The translations under genes and the position numbers were made by a program. This document shows, in pieces, positions 6,701-9,880 of a stretch of DNA of 9,880 nucleotides (positions are counted from its first letter, which is position 1; each line of letters begins with the position of its first letter). The notes beneath the pieces were generated by a model. The model ran no database searches, was not told the origin of the DNA, and was given only the letters and a program-made list of their open reading frames with translations. The stretch is from Azolla caroliniana (lineage: Eukaryota; Plantae; Polypodiophyta): positions 1 to 9,880 of the forward strand of contig JBHGNT010001317.1 in NCBI GenBank assembly GCA_043228905.1, given 5' to 3'.

Positions 6701-8648
6701 GCATATCCATTTGGACCATAATCCGCCCCCCCTTGTTATCAACAAACCAAGGTAATTATCATCCAAGAACAAAGTTGCTTCCATTGCGCTGGAGAGTTCT
6801 CCATAATGGATTGACTCACGCTCTTTTGAAGGCGGAAGTTTCAGTCTATCTAAGCTCAGAAAGTAAATTCTTGGCTGCTGAGAATATCTGATACCTTAGG
6901 CAGCTTTATTAATCTGGTTATACTTATTTTGGTTTGTTCTCAAAGGTGAGGCGAATTGTTAAGATGTAGTCTGATATTCTTTTGTATCTTGTCCTCTTAA
7001 AAGACAGAATTGTGAAATAACAGGGGTAGTTTCTTTCTTTCGCGGTTAACCAGGGGTAGTTGTGAAATAACAGAATTTAGGGGTATATTGAGTTTTTCCT
7101 TAAAAATACCTGTATATAAATGCATTTTTGTTGCATTAACTACAACACGTTTAAAATTCTTTGTGTGCTGAAATGTTGCAAGAGCATGAACATGAGGAAA
7201 ATCGTCATGAAAGTTGGTCTCTCCAACATGGAAACAAAGCCCATGGGAAGGCTTCAGAGTATCGTGTGTTTTCTCTTCCAACTCAGCTTCCAGTTGGTGC
7301 TGATATGCCTGCTTGTACGAGTAAGTTCTGTTACTGTTTTTTGTTTTGAACCTCATGGAGAAAATGTGGACTTGGCTTGCATCCTCCCAAAACCAGGATT
7401 TATATTTGTCTAGGTGCTACAAATCAGAGTTTTCTGCTAAAAGCAATTCTTTGCTATGTGATAGTATATCGTGTCTCAATTCTGAATCCTGATGAACTTC
7501 AAACAGGCGTTGATATAAATGGTCAAATATCATTTTCGGAGCTTCCAATTAAAGATGATCTAGACATGTTGTCAACATATCAGGTCTGTGCTTACCAAGT
7601 AGAAGACAGAAGCAATGATTCAGTTTGTCTGATGCAGATAATCTCTATTAATCCTGTGAAATCTTGCAGAGTATGAATGGTAACACTCCAAGCCCAAATA
7701 GGGAATCAACAGAATTCTCACCAACTCTTGCAAAATCTGAGAATGGAAACGATTCATTGTTTACTAATCGAAGTGTTTCAGAACAGCAAACTAGTAGTGG
7801 AGCATACTTGGCTGCATCTGGAGGGGCAACAACTGGTTCATCTAGCACCTCTGGTTTCAGAAAGAAAGTTATCCCAGAAGCTAATGCGACATCAAGTCTG
7901 GACAAGCTCCTCTACCCAAGAGTGACTGGACGCCCAGATTTTGCTCCATATAGGGTTGTTCTTGGACATGTCAGAGAGAAGGTATATTTTGCATATTTGA
8001 ATGGGCAGAAAATACATTTCTGCTAACATGTGATATACTAAAATTTGCTATTATGGACTTGGGTTTGTATGAGATTTTCGAAACCTTGACATTGGTGGCA
8101 ATTGAACAGCTTGTAAACTCACGTAGACATAAGGAACAACTTCTGGAAGGCATTCAGCCAGATGACAAGTTAGAATATTACGAGAATCCAGAAGAGCTTC
8201 TTGAAGCCCTTCTGCTTTGCTATGATTCAATGGTAAGTATAACCCCCTAAAGTATTTCCTTGGCAATGTAAGACTTGTCGTCGAGGTAAAAGTGCCTGTG
8301 CTGCTTGGATGCAGCAATCTTGCTTCCCAGAGGTCATGGCAGATGGCCGTCTGGCAGACCTTATTAGACGAGTGGCAACTTTTGGAATGACTATGATGAA
8401 GCTCGATTTACGGCAGGTACCATATCAACGTTTATCTACTCTAGAATAAACATATTTAGCCTGAGCTCAATATTTGTGGAAATTTCTATTCATTCTTGCA
8501 GGAATCTAATAAGCATACAGAGGCCTTGGATGCTATAACAGAATTTCTTGAACTTGGAACCTATAGTGAATGGGATGAGGAGAAAAAACTGGAATTTTTA
8601 ACTGCTGAACTCAAAGGAAAGCGACCCTTAATACCTCCTTCAATAGAG
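628..8648 (+). CDS. PPC4: Bacterial-type phosphoenolpyruvate carboxylase (BTPC), spliced, 3'-partial: join(628..783,1191..1354,1446..1560,1647..1724,1813..1881,1975..2053,2143..2219,2844..2939,4503..4644,7183..7320,7507..7583,7670..7981,8110..8232,8315..8416,8502..8648)
   Basis: The N-terminus [15 protein letters not shown] is typical of plant BTPC. PEPC motifs [40 protein letters not shown] and ELKGKRPL all fall in one continuous frame across GT/GC-AG junctions (1875 nt, 625 codons, no stops). Confidence 0.95.
1191..1354 (+). CDS. PPC4: BTPC exon 2 (SACNMRMAG...AETHH)
   Basis: TTAG acceptor, [11 protein letters not shown] motif, phase-2 donor AG/GT at 1355. Confidence 0.93.
1446..1560 (+). 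CDS. PPC4: BTPC exon 3 (…[15 protein letters not shown]…VCNQ)
   Basis: CTTAG acceptor, frame continuity, GT at 1561. Confidence 0.9.
1647..1724 (+). CDS. PPC4: BTPC exon 4 ([26 protein letters not shown])
   Basis: Catalytic His motif VLTAHPT, TTCAG acceptor, GT at 1725. Confidence 0.96.
1813..1881 (+). CDS. PPC4: BTPC exon 5 ([23 protein letters not shown])
   Basis: CAG acceptor and GT donor, phase 0, BTPC-like sequence. Confidence 0.92.
1975..2053 (+). CDS. PPC4: BTPC exon 6 ([26 protein letters not shown])
   Basis: W.TDE.RR..PTP.DEAR motif, followed by a GC donor (GAG/GCACGA). Confidence 0.92.
2143..2219 (+). CDS. PPC4: BTPC exon 7 ([26 protein letters not shown])
   Basis: TCCAG acceptor, conserved BTPC segment, followed by a GC donor (AAA/GCATGT). 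Confidence 0.9.
2844..2939 (+). CDS. PPC4: BTPC exon 8 ([32 protein letters not shown])
   Basis: [10 protein letters not shown] motif, ACAG acceptor, AAG/GT donor. Confidence 0.96.
3286..4170. mobile_element. Solo LTR (885 bp) of an LTR retrotransposon in intron 8
   Basis: Starts TGTAAGGG and ends CCCCAACA (TG...CA, imperfect terminal inverted repeat). Flanked by an exact 5-bp TSD, GTAAG (3281-3285, 4171-4175). The paralogous empty site is visible at 4328-4332. Confidence 0.8.
3380..3950 (-). mobile_element. 5'-truncated LINE (non-LTR retrotransposon) ORF2 C-terminal fragment with 3' UTR, inside the LTR
   Basis: Minus frame reads [52 protein letters not shown]...TRIT* (stop at 3453-3455). 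This is the RLSSH.L..ETG.W plus CCHC zinc-knuckle pattern of LINE ORF2 C-termini, with one in-frame stop. It is followed by AATATAA and a TCTATCT tail. The 5' boundary is approximate. Confidence 0.75.
4259..4290 (+). repeat. (CA)n microsatellite, imperfect
   Basis: CACACACACATACACACACACACACACACATA. Confidence 0.9.
4503..4644 (+). CDS. PPC4: BTPC exon 9 ([12 protein letters not shown]...NILEK)
   Basis: [16 protein letters not shown] segment, TTTCAG acceptor, phase-1 donor AAG/GT. Confidence 0.93.
4591..5065 (+). repeat. Diverged near-tandem duplication (4591-4811 / 4830-5065) spanning the 3' end of exon 9 and the start of intron 9
   Basis: Shared TGAA.GT.TGCAATGA, GGGCAA, TTACAAA, GAAAAAG, ACAATGG, TTGCATGTCTTTC, AAGGAATT, TGATAAACA.GA.TGGTAAGGGAAGA, GAGAAT and ATTGG.TGG.AGAT, in the same order. 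Confidence 0.85.
6040..7099. mobile_element. Putative old non-autonomous Mutator-like (TIR) element
   Basis: The left end GGAGAAAACTC..ATACC..TTATTCCCCAAGTGCCCTTG aligns with the reverse complement of the right end GGAAAAACTC..ATACCCC..TTATTTCACAACTACCCCTG over ~90 bp. Flanks TTAAATGCA / TTAAAAATA match 6/9 as a decayed 9-bp TSD. Confidence 0.5.
7183..7320 (+). CDS. PPC4: BTPC exon 10 ([12 protein letters not shown]...[16 protein letters not shown])
   Basis: SLPTQLP..AD.PAC is characteristic of BTPC. Donor GTAAGT at 7321. The acceptor (GCAAG) was inferred from phase. Confidence 0.82.
7507..7583 (+). CDS. PPC4: BTPC exon 11 (variable/disordered region, [14 protein letters not shown]...STYQ)
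   Basis: Needed to restore phase 1 to phase 0. ACAG acceptor and CAG/GT donor. An alternative in-frame acceptor exists at 7413. Confidence 0.68.
7670..7981 (+). CDS. PPC4: BTPC exon 12 (Ser/Thr-rich disordered region ... [13 protein letters not shown])
   Basis: TTGCAG acceptor, KLL.P...[10 protein letters not shown] segment, AAG/GT donor. Confidence 0.9.
8110..8232 (+). CDS. PPC4: BTPC exon 13 ([12 protein letters not shown]...LLLCYDSM)
   Basis: ACAG acceptor, LLLCYDS segment, GTAAGT donor. Confidence 0.92.
8315..8416 (+). CDS. PPC4: BTPC exon 14 (QSC...[26 protein letters not shown])
   Basis: Highly conserved PEPC segment, GCAG acceptor and GT donor. Confidence 0.95.
8502..8648 (+). CDS. 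PPC4: BTPC exon 15 ([13 protein letters not shown]...[10 protein letters not shown])
   Basis: [24 protein letters not shown] segment, TTGCAG acceptor and GT donor. No further exon recognised up to the window end. Confidence 0.95.
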
Positions 8649-8949
8649 GTATATGTGGATTTGATTGAAACAAGATTTTCTAAGCTTTTCTTTGCTCAAC
8701 AAGCATTCAATTGCAAAGTCTTCAATTGATAAATGACCACATTAACATTTGACAAAGACATATCATCCTCTGGATGACAATAATCTAACCTATTGTACAT
8801 GCAAGGTCAACTTTACATGGTGATGTCTCTTATTAGGGATCAAATGAGTCAGTCATCTGGTGCTGCATTCATGAGTGAATCTCCTGTGCTTAATAGGCAG
8901 TGATTTTCTCTCACTGTATGTTATGAATTAATGCTGTGACATTCAATGA

Positions 8950-9880
8950 GGGATATAGGGAAAAGTGACCTGATGTTTGCATTTGTTGTACATTTGACTT
9001 AGAATATTACTCATCCTCGATCTCATGGCTCTGGCAGATAGTGCATGTGCAATGTTCTCTTGCCATATTCCACCTTCACTAAGAGGTCATGGCTATGAGC
9101 CTTGAGAAACTAGTTGCTTGTCTTTCTTTCGACAGTATGGGGTTGACAAATTCAGGTAGGACACCCTCTAATGTCGCTTTGTAGGTTTCCCAGCATGTGA
9201 TTTGATGTGTGTGCAGTAATACTGTAATTTCTTGCAATTTTCATCTGTTTTCCAACAGAAAATGGAGTTCAATATCTGTCAAACACATGTCAGCAGCTGA
9301 CAACACTGCCAATTTGTCCATGCTGTATTTCCAAACCATTACTGTACTTTCTGTGCTCAACTGGATGAGGGAAAGTTATTTTTATTTATTTTTTGTGTTT
9401 TGCTATTGGAGTTTCAGCACATTGTGGCAGTGAATGCTCCTTCATTATAAATGCACATCTATTTCATTTCTATAAACATCACCAAGTATAGAGTAGCTGA
9501 CTTGACCCGTAAGTGCCTTAGTAGGAACATCTTCTGCACTTCTGCAAAGTCGTTTGGATATACTTCCACCAATTACCTCTATCCACATTTACGAGGATCT
9601 GGATCAAGAGGGCATTGAATTGTCTGGCACTTGTTTGCTGTCTTGTCACTTTGCATTTTGACAACCATCCAAATGGGTTGCCCCATCCTTGTAGGTTAAG
9701 AAAGGGTATCAGTTTTCACCATACATTTTACATGCAACTGCATTTTGGTATTCACTGGCTGAAGCCAAACCTTGGTTCTTCCCATATTGGCAAGCCACTT
9801 CCTTTGTGGAACTCCTCAATGACATGTAAGAGCATTCCAAAGTGTGACGTCAGAAGTTTCAAGTGTAGACAAAGTGGCAT
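8950..9880 (-). pseudogene. Possible highly decayed PLS-class PPR gene relic, antisense in intron 15
   Basis: Scattered minus-strand peptides DVTLWNAL (9828-9851), GSVVSC*HVFDR (9275-9310), EGVLPEFV (9145-9168), LKAHSH...EYGKR (~9056-9106) and SNILSQMYNKC (8979-9011) resemble PPR consensus words. Many stops and frameshifts. Confidence 0.4.

Noticed and set aside
6997-7413. 119-aa minus ORF and 97-aa plus ORF
   Set aside because: They are shadow frames over exon 10 and the TIR, with no recognisable homology.
7648-8317. Minus-strand ORFs of 85, 60 and 88 aa
   Set aside because: They are antisense shadows of exons 12-13.
9185-9205. TTGTAG/GTTTCCCAGCATGTG as the start of exon 16
   Set aside because: There is a stop after six codons, and the expected EVLDTFRVAAELG sequence is absent.

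Overview
AT-rich eukaryotic (land-plant) genomic DNA. It contains the 5' 15 coding exons (628-8648, + strand, about 625 codons by my splice model) of a plant bacterial-type phosphoenolpyruvate carboxylase gene (BTPC, Arabidopsis PPC4-like). The rest of the gene lies beyond the window. Two consecutive introns use GC donors, and the conserved GDRDGNP motif reads GDRDGNA. The long introns hold layered repeats. Intron 8 has an 885-bp TG..CA solo LTR with a 5-bp TSD that carries a LINE ORF2 C-terminal fragment and sits inside one copy of a local tandem duplication. Intron 9 has a decayed duplicate of the exon-9 3' end and a probable Mutator-like TIR element. Introns 9 and 15 may contain PPR-gene relics. 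Upstream are a higher-order GAAAT repeat and a Met-rich mini-uORF. All calls were made by eye, without database searches.
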